Positions 38,028 to 48,336 of a stretch of DNA of 64,000 nt are shown here, piece by piece. The stretch is from an uncultured Alphaproteobacteria bacterium (GTDB lineage Bacteria; Pseudomonadota; Alphaproteobacteria; MPNO01; DASWLB01): the NCBI GenBank assembly GCA_963826605.1, contig CAWGXN010000001.1, forward strand, positions 1,769,440 through 1,833,439. Direction: 5' to 3'. A model generated the notes under the pieces. That model was not told the DNA's origin and searched no databases. It saw only the letters and a program-made list of their open reading frames with translations. The position numbers were made by a program, and so were the translations under genes. Every line of letters starts with the position of its first letter. The first letter of the stretch is position 1.

Positions 38028-38879
38028 CTACTGCGCGGCGACCGCCAGGTGGCGCCGCAGGAAGCCCGAGAAGGTCGTCGCCATCTCCTCCTCAATCTCG
38101 TCCCAGTCCTCATGCGGGCCGAGATCGACGTCGCGCTGCACCTTGACCAGGTCGTGCAGCTCGCTGACCGGGATGAGCTCGGCGGCCCGCGCCGCCACCT
38201 TCGGGTTGTGGCGCCAGTCGTTGCCCGGGACGATGCAGGCCGGCACGCGCAGCGATTTCAGCTCGTCCTCGCTCGCGCCGATGATGGGCAGGTCGGCGTC
38301 GCGCAGGAAATACCCGGCCCAGTCGCGCATGCGCCGGACGAACTCGTCGACCTCCAGGCCCATCAGAGTGTCGCGGTTGCGCGGGTTGGCGGCGATGCAG
38401 GCCGCGAAATGCTCGGTCTCGCACACCGCCTTCATGCCACCCCGCTCCGCCGCCTCGATGAAGGCGCCGTAATACTGGTGCGCCAGCATCTCGCAGGCAT
38501 GCCGCCCGCCGGTCACGCGCCACAGCAGCAGCGCCGAGACGTCGGACGGGTAGCGCAGCGCGAGCAGCACCGCCAGCCGGCAGCCCGACGAGCCGCCGCC
38601 GGCCGCCACCGGCGCCGCGCCGAGCTGGCCCAGAAGCGCGTGCAAATCGTCGGCCCAGAGTTCCGACTCGGAGCGGTCGGCGCCGATGGTGACGTCCGAG
38701 GCGCCGCAATTGCGCCGGTCGAAGATCACCACGCGGTGGCCTTCCGCCGCCGTTCGGCGGGCGAGCCCGGCCACGGCCGCGCCTTCGCGCCGCCCGCCGG
38801 GCGACAAGGCGACCCAGGAGCCGCGGTCGCCGAACACCTCGTAATTCATGGAAATGCCATTGATTCTGGCCGTCGGCAC
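38028..38879 (-). CDS. alpha/beta-fold hydrolase
   Basis: GTG 38879 with GGGAGGG 5 nt upstream. GGSSG nucleophile elbow. N-terminus ..INGISMNYEVFGD... Confidence 0.75.
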   Translation of the reverse strand: MPTARINGISMNYEVFGDRGSWVALSPGGRREGAAVAGLARRTAAEGHRVVIFDRRNCGASDVTIGADRSESELWADDLHALLGQLGAAPVAAGGGSSGCRLAVLLALRYPSDVSALLLWRVTGGRHACEMLAHQYYGAFIEAAERGGMKAVCETEHFAACIAANPRNRDTLMGLEVDEFVRRMRDWAGYFLRDADLPIIGASEDELKSLRVPACIVPGNDWRHNPKVAARAAELIPVSELHDLVKVQRDVDLGPHEDWDEIEEEMATTFSGFLRRHLAVAAQ

Positions 38880-39023
38880 GGTGCCCTCCCTGGTTCGATC
38901 GGGACCGTCATCATAGCCGACGGCGCTGCGCGGCCGGAAATTTTCGGCGCCGACCCCGCTCGCTTTACGCCGGATTAACCGGTCCAAGGCTCTAGTGGCC
39001 CGGTCGTCAGCGCCGGGCTCCCG

Positions 39024-42000
39024 ATGAACCTGCTGAACCAGTACTTCCTGCCCTTCTCAGGAACCGTCGAGAGCGCCGAGCAGTTTCACGGCATCTACGA
39101 CGCGCGGCTGGTCGCCGCGTCGATCGCCATCGCCATCCTGTCCGCCTTCGTCGCGCTGTCGATCTCCGCGCGCATGTCGGCGGCGGCCACGCCGCGCGGC
39201 CGCTGGGCGTGGGCGGGCGCCGGCGCGGTCAGCATGGGCGGCGGCATCTGGGCGATGCATTTCGTCGGCATGCTGGCCTTCGAGCTTCCCTGCGGGGTGG
39301 GCTACGACCCGCTCGGCACGCTCCTTTCCATGATTCCCGGCATGCTGGCGAGCGGCGTCGCGCTGCACGCGATCAGCCGGCCGACGGCCCCCACCCTGCG
39401 CCGGCTGGTCGTCGCCGCGCTGATGATGGCCGCCGGCATCGGCACGATGCACTACACCGGCATGGCCGCGATGGTGCCGCAGGCGCTGCTGGTCTACGAC
39501 CCGGCACTGGTGGCGCTGTCGATCGTCGTGGCCGTCGCGCTCGCCTTCCTGTCGCTCGGCATCCGCTTCCGGTTCGGCCAACTGCCGGGCAAATGGCGCA
39601 CGCTGATCGCGGCCACGGTCATGGGCTTCGCCGTGGCGTGCATGCACTACACGGCGATGGAGGCGGCCGAGTTCTACCCCGATCCCGCCGTCCAATCCTT
39701 CGCCATGAACCTCGCGCCCACGATCCTCGCCCTGGTGATCACCATCATCACCGTGCTGGTCGCGTCCGTCACCCTGGCGGGCACCTATGCCGCACGCCAG
39801 ATCGAGCTGGTCTCGCGCCTGTCCAGCGAGGTTTCGCGACGCGAGGCGGTGGAACGCGAGGTGCGCCACGGACGCGCCCGGCTGCAGGCCATCGTCGACT
39901 CGGTGGCCGACGCGATCGTCACGATCGACCGGTCGGGCCGCATCCAGCAATGGTCGTCAGGCGCCGAGCGCATCTTCGGCTACGCGGCCGAGGAGGCGGT
40001 GGGCCAGGACCTGGTCATGCTGATGCCCGAGCCGCACCGCTCGCGCCACGCCCAGTACGTCGAATCCTACCTCACCACGCGCGAGGCCAGGATTATCGGC
40101 ATGGGCCGCGAGCTGGTCGCCGTGCGCAAGGACGGCAGCGAGTTCACCATCGACCTGACCGTGACCGAGGTGCGCGGCATCGACGAGGTGCTGTTCACCG
40201 GCATCATCCGCGACATCACCGAACGGAAGCGGGCCGAGCGCGAGCTGATCGAGGCGCGCCGCCAGGCCGAGGCGGCCAGCCAGGCGAAGTCCGAATTCCT
40301 GGCGACGATGAGCCACGAGATCCGCACGCCGATGAACGGCATCCTCGGCATGGCGAACCTGCTGTCCTCGACCGCCCTCAGCGACCGCCAGGGAAGGCTG
40401 GTGCAGAACCTGCTGCGGTCGGGCCAGGCGCTGATGGGCATCATCAACGACATCCTCGACTTCTCGAAGATCGAGGCGGGACGGCTGGAGCTGGTCGACG
40501 TCGATTTCGACCCGCGCGACGTGATCTCGGAGGCGGCCGACCTGTTCTGCGAGCGCTGCGCGAGCCAGGGGCTGGAGTTCGTCTATTTCGTCGACGACGC
40601 CGTGCCCGCCGGGCTGCGCGGCGATCCGTTCCGGCTGCGCCAGATCCTGGTCAACCTGGTCGGCAACGCGATCAAGTTCACCGAGCGGGGCGAGATCCTG
40701 CTGGAGCTGTCGCTCGCCGAGTCGACCGACGACGACGCCGTGCTGTCCTTCGCGGTGGTCGATACGGGCATCGGCATCGCCGCCGAACAGCTTTCCTCGG
40801 TGTTCGAATCCTTCCATCAGGTCGATGGGTCGTTCACCCGCGCGCGCGGCGGCTCGGGCCTCGGCCTCGCCATCACCAAGCAGCTCGTGACGGCGATGTC
40901 CGGCACGATCGGGGTCGAGAGCGAGCTCGGGCGCGGCTCGCGCTTCTGGTTCACCATCCGCCTCAAGAAGACCATGCGCGAGAAGGAATCGCCGCACGGC
41001 GCCCGCCACCTGGCGCGCCAGCTCAGCGCCTTGCTGGTCGACGCCAATGCGGTAAGCGCCCACGTCCTGTTGCAGTACCTGTGCGGCTGGGGCGTCGATG
41101 CGACGATCGCCACCTCGCTCGACGAGGGGCGCGCCGGCGGTCCAGGAGAGCCGCGGCTTCGACGTCGCCATCCTCGACGCAAGGGGGCTGGGCCCGGAAG
41201 GGCTCGAGTTCGCGGCCGAGCTGCGTGCGGCCCGGCCCGACCGTCCGACCGAGATCGTCTTCCTGTCGAGCATCGACAGCCTGCTCGCCGACGAGCGCCT
41301 GCAACAGATCGATGCCTTCGCCTCGCTGGCCAAGCCCGTGCGCCCGTCCGAACTCTACGACGCGCTGGCGTCGATCGCCGCCGGGCGCCGCTCGGGGCGC
41401 GGCCGGCGCTGGCTGGCGCGGCGCAGCACGCCCAACCGTCAGTTGCAATTCGATGCGCGGATCCTGGTGGCCGAGGACAACGACGTGAACCAGGACGTCG
41501 CGATGGCGATGCTCGACAATCTGGGCTGTCGCGTGGTGACGGCGCCGAACGGCCGCGCCGCCGTCCGCGCCTTCGCCCAGGACCGGTTCGACCTGATCCT
41601 GATGGATTGCGAGATGCCCGAGCTGGACGGCTTCGAGGCAACACGCCGAATTCGCGAGATCGAGGGGATGTCGTCCGGCCTTTCCGACGACGGACGCGCG
41701 GCCAAGGCGCCGGTGCCGATTATCGCGGTGACCGCGCATGCCCTGCCCGAGATGCGCCAGAAATGCCTCGATGCCGGCATGAGCGACTTCCTGGTGAAGC
41801 CGTTCGACGAGCTCCAGCTTTCCGAAGCGCTGCGGCGCTGGCTGCCGGTCGCCGAGGAGGGCCGCGTCCGCGCCGGCGACATGGGCGACGACGCCCCTTC
41901 CGACGGCGATACCGGCCTGCCCGACGACCCGATCGACCTTGCCGCCGTCGACCAGATCCGCCAGATGGAGCGGCGCGGCCGCGTGGGGCTGTTCCGCGGG

Positions 42001-42291
42001 ATCGTCGAAAAGTTCGCCGCAAGCGCGCCGACCATGGCCGCCGAGGTGCGCGCCAAGTGCGTCGCGCGCGATGCCGAGGCGCTGTGGCGGGCCGCGCACG
42101 CCCTCAAATCCAGCGCGAGCGCGCTCGGCGGCCGGGCGCTGGCCGCCCGCTGCTCCGAGATCGAGGCGGCCGCCCGCGCCACCGGGGCCGCTTCCGTCGA
42201 CGCGCTGCTCGACGGGCTCGACGAGGACGTCGCCGAGGCGATCGAGCGCCTGCAAGTCTTGAGCATGGAAGCCGATGCACCCGCCGCTTGA
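39024..42291 (+). pseudogene. hybrid sensor histidine kinase: MHYT membrane domain-PAS-HisKA-HATPase-REC-REC-HPt, apparent +1 frameshift
   Basis: Three MHYT-type repeats (WAMHFVGM, GTMHYTGM, ACMHYTAM). H-box SHEIRTPMNG. N/G boxes NLVGNAIKF, DTGIGI and GGSGLGLAI. After ..ATSLDEG the protein continues in another frame (..[14 protein letters not shown].., [24 protein letters not shown], HPt ..WRAAHALKSSASALG..). The shift lies near 41125-41140. Confidence 0.8.
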
Positions 42292-43450
42292 CCATAACCA
42301 GACCTCGCTGATGATCGTCGACGACGACGCGATCGTCCGCTCGCTGATGCGCACCGCCCTCGAACAGGACGGGTTTTCCATCGCCGAGGCCGAGGATGGC
42401 CGGCAAGCCTGCCTGCTGTGCGAGGAGGAACTGCCCGGCCTGGTGGTCGCCGACGTGGTGATGCCGCACATGGACGGGTTCGAGCTGTGCCGTGTCCTGC
42501 GCGACCGTCCGGCGACCGCGCACCTGCCGATCCTGATGGCAACGGGGCTCGACGACACGCCGTCGATCGCCAAGGCCTATGATTGCGGCGCGACGGACTT
42601 CATCTCGAAGCCGATCAACTGGCTGATGCTGTCCCACCGAATCCGCTACATGCTGCGGGCGGCGCGCGCCTTCGACGATCTGCGCGCGAACCAGGCGGCG
42701 CTGATGGCGGCCAAGGAGGCGGCGGAGGCGGCGAGCGAGGCCAAGACGAACTTCCTCGCCAATATCAGCCACGAGCTGCGCACGCCGCTGAACGCCATCA
42801 TCGGGTTCTCGACCGTGATGCGCAACGGCACGTTCGGCCCGTTGCCGGAAAAGTACACCGATTATGCCGGGATCATCGTGCAGTCGGGCGAGCACCTGCT
42901 GGGCATCATCAACAGCGTGCTCGACATCGCGAAGGCAGAATCGAACCGGCTGGTGCTGGAGCGCGACGTCGTCGACATCCCCTCCGTGATCGCGTTCAGC
43001 GCCGGCATCGTCGAGAGCATGGCGACGAAGGAGAACGTGGAATTCGCGGTTGAGATCGCGAACGATCTGCCGCCGCTCTACGCCGACGCGGCGAAGCTGC
43101 GCCAGATCCTGATCAACCTTCTGTCCAACGCCATCAAGTTTACGCCGCAGGGCGGGCGCGTCCGGCTTACCGCCTTCCGCGAGGGCGCAAGCGACGTGGC
43201 GTTCCGCGTGGAGGACACCGGCATCGGCCTGTCGCCGACGGACATCGACGTCGCCCTGACCCCGTTCGGCCAAGTCGATTCCAGCTTCACCCGCAAGTAC
43301 GAGGGTGTCGGGCTGGGCCTGCCTCTGTCGAAGAAGCTGGTGGAGCTGCACGGCGGCGCGCTGGAAATCGTCAGCACCGTCGGCGAAGGCACGGCGATCA
43401 CGCTGCGCTTTCCGTCGACCGGCTTCACCGAGATCGAGTTTGCCCCGTGA
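42275..43450 (+). CDS. REC-HisKA-HATPase protein (response-regulator receiver fused to a histidine kinase)
   Basis: LMIVDDD..VVADVVMPHMDG..DFISKP receiver. H-box SHELRTPLNA. NLLSNAIKF, DTGIGL and GVGLGLPLS. It ends 16 nt before the hydrogenase small subunit gene. Confidence 0.85.
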   Translation: MHPPLDHNQTSLMIVDDDAIVRSLMRTALEQDGFSIAEAEDGRQACLLCEEELPGLVVADVVMPHMDGFELCRVLRDRPATAHLPILMATGLDDTPSIAKAYDCGATDFISKPINWLMLSHRIRYMLRAARAFDDLRANQAALMAAKEAAEAASEAKTNFLANISHELRTPLNAIIGFSTVMRNGTFGPLPEKYTDYAGIIVQSGEHLLGIINSVLDIAKAESNRLVLERDVVDIPSVIAFSAGIVESMATKENVEFAVEIANDLPPLYADAAKLRQILINLLSNAIKFTPQGGRVRLTAFREGASDVAFRVEDTGIGLSPTDIDVALTPFGQVDSSFTRKYEGVGLGLPLSKKLVELHGGALEIVSTVGEGTAITLRFPSTGFTEIEFAP

Positions 43451-43466
43451 CGGAGCGGAGACGGCG

Positions 43467-44429
43467 ATGACCAACCTTCTGTGGCTCCAGGGCGGCGCGT
43501 GCTCGGGCAACACCATGTCGTTCCTCAATGCCGAGGAACCGAGCGTCTGCGACCTCGTCACCGATTTCGGCATCAAAGTGCTGTGGCATCCGTCGCTCGG
43601 CATCGAGCTGGGCGAGGATCTGCGCGCCCTGCTGCAATCGATCATCTCCGGCGAGCGGCCGCTCGACATCTTCGTGTTCGAGGGTACGGTGGTGAATGCG
43701 CCGAACGGCACCGGGGAGTGGAACCGCTTCGCCGGCCGGCCCATGAAGGACTGGGTGCGCGACTTGTCGCGCATCGCGAACTACGTCGTCGGCATCGGCG
43801 ACTGCGCGAGCTGGGGCGGCATCCCGGCGACCGCGCCGAACCCGTCGGAAAGCGTCGGGCTGCAATATCTGAAGCGCGCGCATGGCGGGTTCCTGGGCGC
43901 CGACTACCGCTCGAAGGCCGGGCTGCCGGTCATCAACATACCGGGCTGCCCGGCGCATCCGGACTGGATGACCCAGGTCATCGTCGCGCTGGCCACCGGC
44001 CGCGGCGGTGAGGTGGCGCTGGACGAGCTGCAGCGCCCGAAGACGTTCTTCACCAGCTTCACCCAGACCGGCTGCACGCGGAACATGCATTTCGTCTACA
44101 AGATCTCGGCGACCGAGTTCGGCCAGCGCAAGGGCTGCCTGTTTTTCGATCTGGGCTGCCGCGGCCCGATGACCCATTCGCCGTGCAACCGCATCCTGTG
44201 GAACCGCCAGTCCTCGAAGACGCGCGCGGGCATGCCCTGCATGGGCTGCACCGAGCCGGAATTCCCGTTCCACGACCTCTCCCCCGGCACGGTGTTCAAG
44301 ACGCAGACGATGATGGGCGTGCCCAAGGCGCTGCCTACCGGCCTCGACAAGATCGGCTACATCAAGCTCGCCACGGCGGCCAAGGCCGCGTCGCCGCGCT
44401 GGGCCGAAGACGACATCTTCGTGGTCTGA
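43467..44429 (+). CDS. hupS: [NiFe]-hydrogenase small subunit, no Tat signal (group 2a-like)
   Basis: ATG 43467. The N-terminus MTNLLWLQGGACSGNTMSFLNAEEP has no twin-arginine leader. Distal/medial cluster Cys motifs are present (..GCPAHPDW.., ..CNRILW.., ..GMPCMGCTEP..). Confidence 0.9.
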   Translation: MTNLLWLQGGACSGNTMSFLNAEEPSVCDLVTDFGIKVLWHPSLGIELGEDLRALLQSIISGERPLDIFVFEGTVVNAPNGTGEWNRFAGRPMKDWVRDLSRIANYVVGIGDCASWGGIPATAPNPSESVGLQYLKRAHGGFLGADYRSKAGLPVINIPGCPAHPDWMTQVIVALATGRGGEVALDELQRPKTFFTSFTQTGCTRNMHFVYKISATEFGQRKGCLFFDLGCRGPMTHSPCNRILWNRQSSKTRAGMPCMGCTEPEFPFHDLSPGTVFKTQTMMGVPKALPTGLDKIGYIKLATAAKAASPRWAEDDIFVV

Positions 44430-44432
44430 CCG

Positions 44433-46031
44433 ATGGGCTCCGTCACCCAGACGCTGGACATTTCGCCCGTCGGGCGCGTCGAGGGCGACCTCGACGTGCG
44501 CGTCGACATCCGCGACGGCGTGGTCGTCAACGCCTGGACCCAGGCGGCGCTGTTCCGCGGCTTCGAGGTCATATTGCGCGGCAAGGACCCGCAGGCCGGG
44601 CTGGTGGTCACGCCGCGCGCCTGCGGCATCTGCGGCGCGTCGCATCTGACCTGCGCCGCGTGGGCGCTGGACACGGCGTGGGGCACGGAGGTGCCGCGCA
44701 ACGCGATCCTCGCGCGCAATCTCGGCCAGATCGCCGAGTCCCTGCAGTCCATCGCACGCCACCATTACGGGCTGTTCGCGATCGACTATACCAACCCGAA
44801 ATACGCGGGATCGCCGCATTTCGACGAGGCGATGCGCCGCTGGGCGCCGTTTACCGGCACCCATTACGAGATCGGGCTGACCATCTCGGGCCGGCCGGTC
44901 GAGATCTATGCGCTGTTCGGCGGCCAGTGGCCGCACTCGAGCTACATGGTGCCCGGTGGCGTGATGTGCTCGCCGACCCTTACCGACGTGACGCGCGCGT
45001 GGTCGATCCTCGAATATTTCCGGCGCAACTGGATCGAGCCGGTCTGGCTCGGCTGCGCCATGGAGCGCTACGAGGAGATCGCGAGCTACGACCAGTTCCT
45101 CGCCTGGCTCGACGAGAAGCCGGCGCACGCCGAGTCCGACCTGGGGCTGTTCTGGCGGATGAGCCGGGACATCGGGCTCGACACGTACGGCGAAGGGTGC
45201 GGCCGCTTCGCGAGCTGGGGATACCTGCCGCACGAGGACCGCTACAACCGGCCAACGATCGAAGGGCGCGACGCCGCCACCATCCGCCGCGGCGGCCTGT
45301 ACGACGCCAAGACCGACGCGTTCGCCCCGTTCGACCAGGCCGGCACGCGCGAGGACGTCGCCCACGCCTGGTACGACGAGCCGGGGGCAACGCATCCGTA
45401 CGAGCGGACGACCGCGCCGTCGGCGAAGACCGACATCGATTTCGACGGCAAGTATTCGTGGTCGACCGCGGTCGCCCACGACGGCACCGGACGGGTCGAG
45501 GTCGGTCCGCTCGCCCGCCAGCTGGTCTCGGGCCGCGAGACCAACGAATCGTGGCGCTACCATGACCCGCTGGTCCTCGACATGTTCCGCCGGCTGGGCA
45601 AGGCGAGCGTGATGCTGCGCCACTTCGCCCGCATGCACGAGCTGGTCGGGCTGTATCGCGAGGCCGAGCGGTCCCTGCGCGAGCTGCGGCTCGGCGATCC
45701 CTGGTACATCAAGCCCGCCGAGCAGGACGGGCGCGGCTGGGGCGCCACCGAGGCGGCGCGCGGCGCCCTCGCCCATTGGATCGACGTCGAGGGCGGCAAG
45801 ATCAAGAACTACCAGATTGTCTCGCCCACCACCTGGAACATCGGCCCGCGCACCGGCGACGGCGTGCCGGGGCCGGTCGAGACCGCGCTGATCGGCGCGC
45901 CCATCGCCGACCCGCGCGACCCGATCGAGGTCGGCCATGTCTGCCGGTCCTACAATTCCTGCATGGTGTGCACGGTGCACGCGCACGACGCGTCGACGGG
46001 CGAGGAGCTGGCCCGCTTCAGGACGGCGTAA
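44433..46031 (+). CDS. hupL: [NiFe]-hydrogenase large subunit (group 2a-like) with cleavable C-terminal extension
   Basis: N-terminal RACGICGASH (RxCGxCxxxH). C-terminal SYNSCMVCTVH followed by the 16-aa extension AHDASTGEELARFRTA. Confidence 0.9.
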   Translation: MGSVTQTLDISPVGRVEGDLDVRVDIRDGVVVNAWTQAALFRGFEVILRGKDPQAGLVVTPRACGICGASHLTCAAWALDTAWGTEVPRNAILARNLGQIAESLQSIARHHYGLFAIDYTNPKYAGSPHFDEAMRRWAPFTGTHYEIGLTISGRPVEIYALFGGQWPHSSYMVPGGVMCSPTLTDVTRAWSILEYFRRNWIEPVWLGCAMERYEEIASYDQFLAWLDEKPAHAESDLGLFWRMSRDIGLDTYGEGCGRFASWGYLPHEDRYNRPTIEGRDAATIRRGGLYDAKTDAFAPFDQAGTREDVAHAWYDEPGATHPYERTTAPSAKTDIDFDGKYSWSTAVAHDGTGRVEVGPLARQLVSGRETNESWRYHDPLVLDMFRRLGKASVMLRHFARMHELVGLYREAERSLRELRLGDPWYIKPAEQDGRGWGATEAARGALAHWIDVEGGKIKNYQIVSPTTWNIGPRTGDGVPGPVETALIGAPIADPRDPIEVGHVCRSYNSCMVCTVHAHDASTGEELARFRTA

Positions 46032-46047
46032 AGCGAGCGAGGGGAAC

Positions 46048-46359
46048 ATGAGCAACCGCACGGGCGACACGCTGCGCCAGACCATCAAGGACATGCTGGC
46101 GGCGGGACTGCAAACCCGGGTCGAGCCCTTTCCCGAGACCGAGAGGGAGTTCGCCGAGATCCTCGCCCAGCTGCGCGAGGCCGGGCCGGATCTGGAAGCG
46201 AAGCTGGTGATCGGCGGCTTTACCGACCACCCGTACGGATCGGACAAGCTGCGCTGCATGGATTGCATCTACTACCTGGTCAATCGGCGCTGGTGCGACA
46301 TTCCCGAGGTGGCGCTGCCGGCCGAGCCGGACTGGTACTGCCGGCTGTGGCGGGTCTAG
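46048..46359 (+). CDS. small Cys-containing hydrogenase-associated hypothetical protein (103 aa)
   Basis: ATG 46048 follows GAGGGGAAC. LRCMDCIYY..RWCDIP..PDWYCRLW gives four Cys residues. It sits between hupL and the maturation protease. Confidence 0.6.
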   Translation: MSNRTGDTLRQTIKDMLAAGLQTRVEPFPETEREFAEILAQLREAGPDLEAKLVIGGFTDHPYGSDKLRCMDCIYYLVNRRWCDIPEVALPAEPDWYCRLWRV

Positions 46360-46366
46360 CGCGCCC

Positions 46367-46840
46367 ATGATCGCCATCGTCGGCTGCGGCAATCCCAACA
46401 GGTCGGACGACGGCGTCGGCCCGGAGGTCGTCCGCCTGCTGGGCGGGCGCGGCGTCGGCGCCGATGCGCGCGCCGTCGCGCTGATCGATGCGGGAACCGA
46501 CGGCATGTCCGTCATGTTCCGCGCGCGCGGCTGCGCAGCGCTGATCGTGGTCGATGGCTGCGTTTCGGGATCGGAGCCGGGCGCGGTGTTCGAGCTGCGC
46601 GGCCAGGCGCTGGAGCGCGAGCCGCCGGCCTCGCCCACCCTGCACGACTTCCGCTGGGAGCACGCGCTCTATGCCGGGCGGCGCACGTTCGGCGCCGATT
46701 TTCCCCAGGACGTGACGGTCTACCTGATCGAGGCCGCGACGCTGGAATTCGGCATCGGCCTCTCGCCGCCGGTCGCCGCGGCCGCGGACATCGTCGCCGA
46801 GCGCATCGCCGGACGCGTCGGCGCGAGGCAGGCGGCATGA
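46367..46840 (+). CDS. hydrogenase maturation endopeptidase (HupD/HybD/HoxW family)
   Basis: MIAIVGCGNPNRSDDGVGPEV is the family signature GxGNxxxxDDGxG. 157 aa. Confidence 0.85.
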   Translation: MIAIVGCGNPNRSDDGVGPEVVRLLGGRGVGADARAVALIDAGTDGMSVMFRARGCAALIVVDGCVSGSEPGAVFELRGQALEREPPASPTLHDFRWEHALYAGRRTFGADFPQDVTVYLIEAATLEFGIGLSPPVAAAADIVAERIAGRVGARQAA

Positions 46841-47817
46841 TCCCGAGCCGCCTGCAAAGCGAGCTCGCCGCCGCCCTTGCGGTCGCCGAGGACGAGACGG
46901 CGACCCCGGCCGAACGCGCCGAGATGCTGATGGAAATCGCGATGGGGCTGCAAAGCCGCCCCAGGACGCCCGATCACCTGGCCGCCGCCGTCGCGCTCTA
47001 CGAGCGCGCGCTCGCGCTGTGCCCCCCCGAGGCGGCGCTGGGGCGCGCGCGCATCACCGCGCGCATGGCGACTGCGCTGCAATCCCTTCCCGAGGAGGGC
47101 ACCGCGAGCCTGGAGCGCGCGCTGGCCGCGTACGGCCGCGCGGAGCCGGCGATCGCCGCCCATGGTACGCCGCAGGAGCGGGCCGAGCTCGCGCTCAACC
47201 GGGGGCTGGTGCTGCAATCGCTCGCCGGCGCCGGCCGCGCCCGCATCACCGACGCCATCGCCGCCTACCAGGACGCGCTGCGCATCTTCGACCGCGCGCG
47301 CTATCCGGCCGAGTTCGCCATCCTGCAGAACAACCTGGCCACCGCGTTCCTGTCCGTTCCCGCGACCGACGAGCGTGCCAAGGTGCGCGAGGCGCTGGCC
47401 GTGCAGTGCTTCGAGGAGGGGCTGGCCGCCGTCACCTTGATCGACCACCCGTCCGAATACGCGATGCTGCAGAACAACCTGGGCAACGCCCTGCAATATG
47501 CCGGCTCGGCCCATCCGGTCGAGAATTGCCTGCGCGCGCTCGACGCCTATGATGAGGCGCTGAAGGTGCGCACGCCGGAGACGACGCCGCTGGAATACGC
47601 CAACACCATCGCCAACAAGGCGAACTGCCTGATGAACCTGCCGGATGATCCCGCGCGGCCCGAGGAAGGCAACGCCCGCCGGATGGAAGCGGCACGGGTT
47701 TGCTATGGCGAGGCCCAGGGCATCTTCGTCCGCCACGGCGAGGTGGCGAAGGCGCACGCCGTCGCCGACGCGCTGTCCGAGATCGAGCTCGCTTTGCCCG
47801 CAGCGGCGGAGGCCTAG
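46837..47817 (+). CDS. TPR-like helical repeat protein, hydrogenase-cluster associated
   Basis: Its start overlaps the upstream stop (ATGA). Ala/Leu-rich ~34-aa units repeat (..AILQNNLATAF.., ..AMLQNNLGNAL.., ..ANTIANKANCL..). Confidence 0.7.
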   Translation: MIPSRLQSELAAALAVAEDETATPAERAEMLMEIAMGLQSRPRTPDHLAAAVALYERALALCPPEAALGRARITARMATALQSLPEEGTASLERALAAYGRAEPAIAAHGTPQERAELALNRGLVLQSLAGAGRARITDAIAAYQDALRIFDRARYPAEFAILQNNLATAFLSVPATDERAKVREALAVQCFEEGLAAVTLIDHPSEYAMLQNNLGNALQYAGSAHPVENCLRALDAYDEALKVRTPETTPLEYANTIANKANCLMNLPDDPARPEEGNARRMEAARVCYGEAQGIFVRHGEVAKAHAVADALSEIELALPAAAEA

Positions 47818-47820
47818 GCG

Positions 47821-48336
47821 ATGGACGGGGCCCCGCCCCTTTCGGCCGCGGACGAGCTTGCCGCGCTGCTCGGCGCCGTCGCGCGTATCGAGATCGCATT
47901 CGGCGAGGACGATGCCGAGACGCGCGCCGCGGCGCACGCCTATCGCGACGCCATCGATGCGCTCAACCGGGCGGCGCTGCGGCGCCTGATTGCGGCCGTC
48001 GGCGCCGAGCCCGCCGCCCGTCCCGCCTTGCGCGCCGCCGCCGCCGACCCGGTGGTCTATGCCGTGCTGCGTCATCACGGGCTGGTGAAGCCGAGCATCG
48101 GCGAGCGCGTCGAGGCGGCCATCGAGACGATCCGGCCGACGCTCGCCGAGCATGGCGGCGATGTGGAGCTGGTCGCCGTGGCGCCGCCGCGCGTCGAGGT
48201 GCGCTTCACCGGCGCCTGCACCTCCTGCCCCGCCTCGGTGGTGACCTTCGAGGCGGGCGTGAAGAAGGCGGTGCAGGAGGCCTGTCCCGAGATCACCGAG
48301 ATCGTCCAGGCGGCGTCTGCCGGGCTCGTCCGATGA
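47821..48336 (+). CDS. NifU/Nfu C-terminal-domain-like Fe-S scaffold protein
   Basis: ..HGGDVELVAV...VEVRFTGACTSCPAS.. contains the Nfu CxxC motif. Confidence 0.75.
   Translation: MDGAPPLSAADELAALLGAVARIEIAFGEDDAETRAAAHAYRDAIDALNRAALRRLIAAVGAEPAARPALRAAAADPVVYAVLRHHGLVKPSIGERVEAAIETIRPTLAEHGGDVELVAVAPPRVEVRFTGACTSCPASVVTFEAGVKKAVQEACPEITEIVQAASAGLVR

Noticed and set aside
43425-46268. 947-aa ORF on the minus strand
   Set aside because: It is antisense to hupS/hupL, has a low-complexity Arg/Ala/Gly composition and has no recognisable domain.
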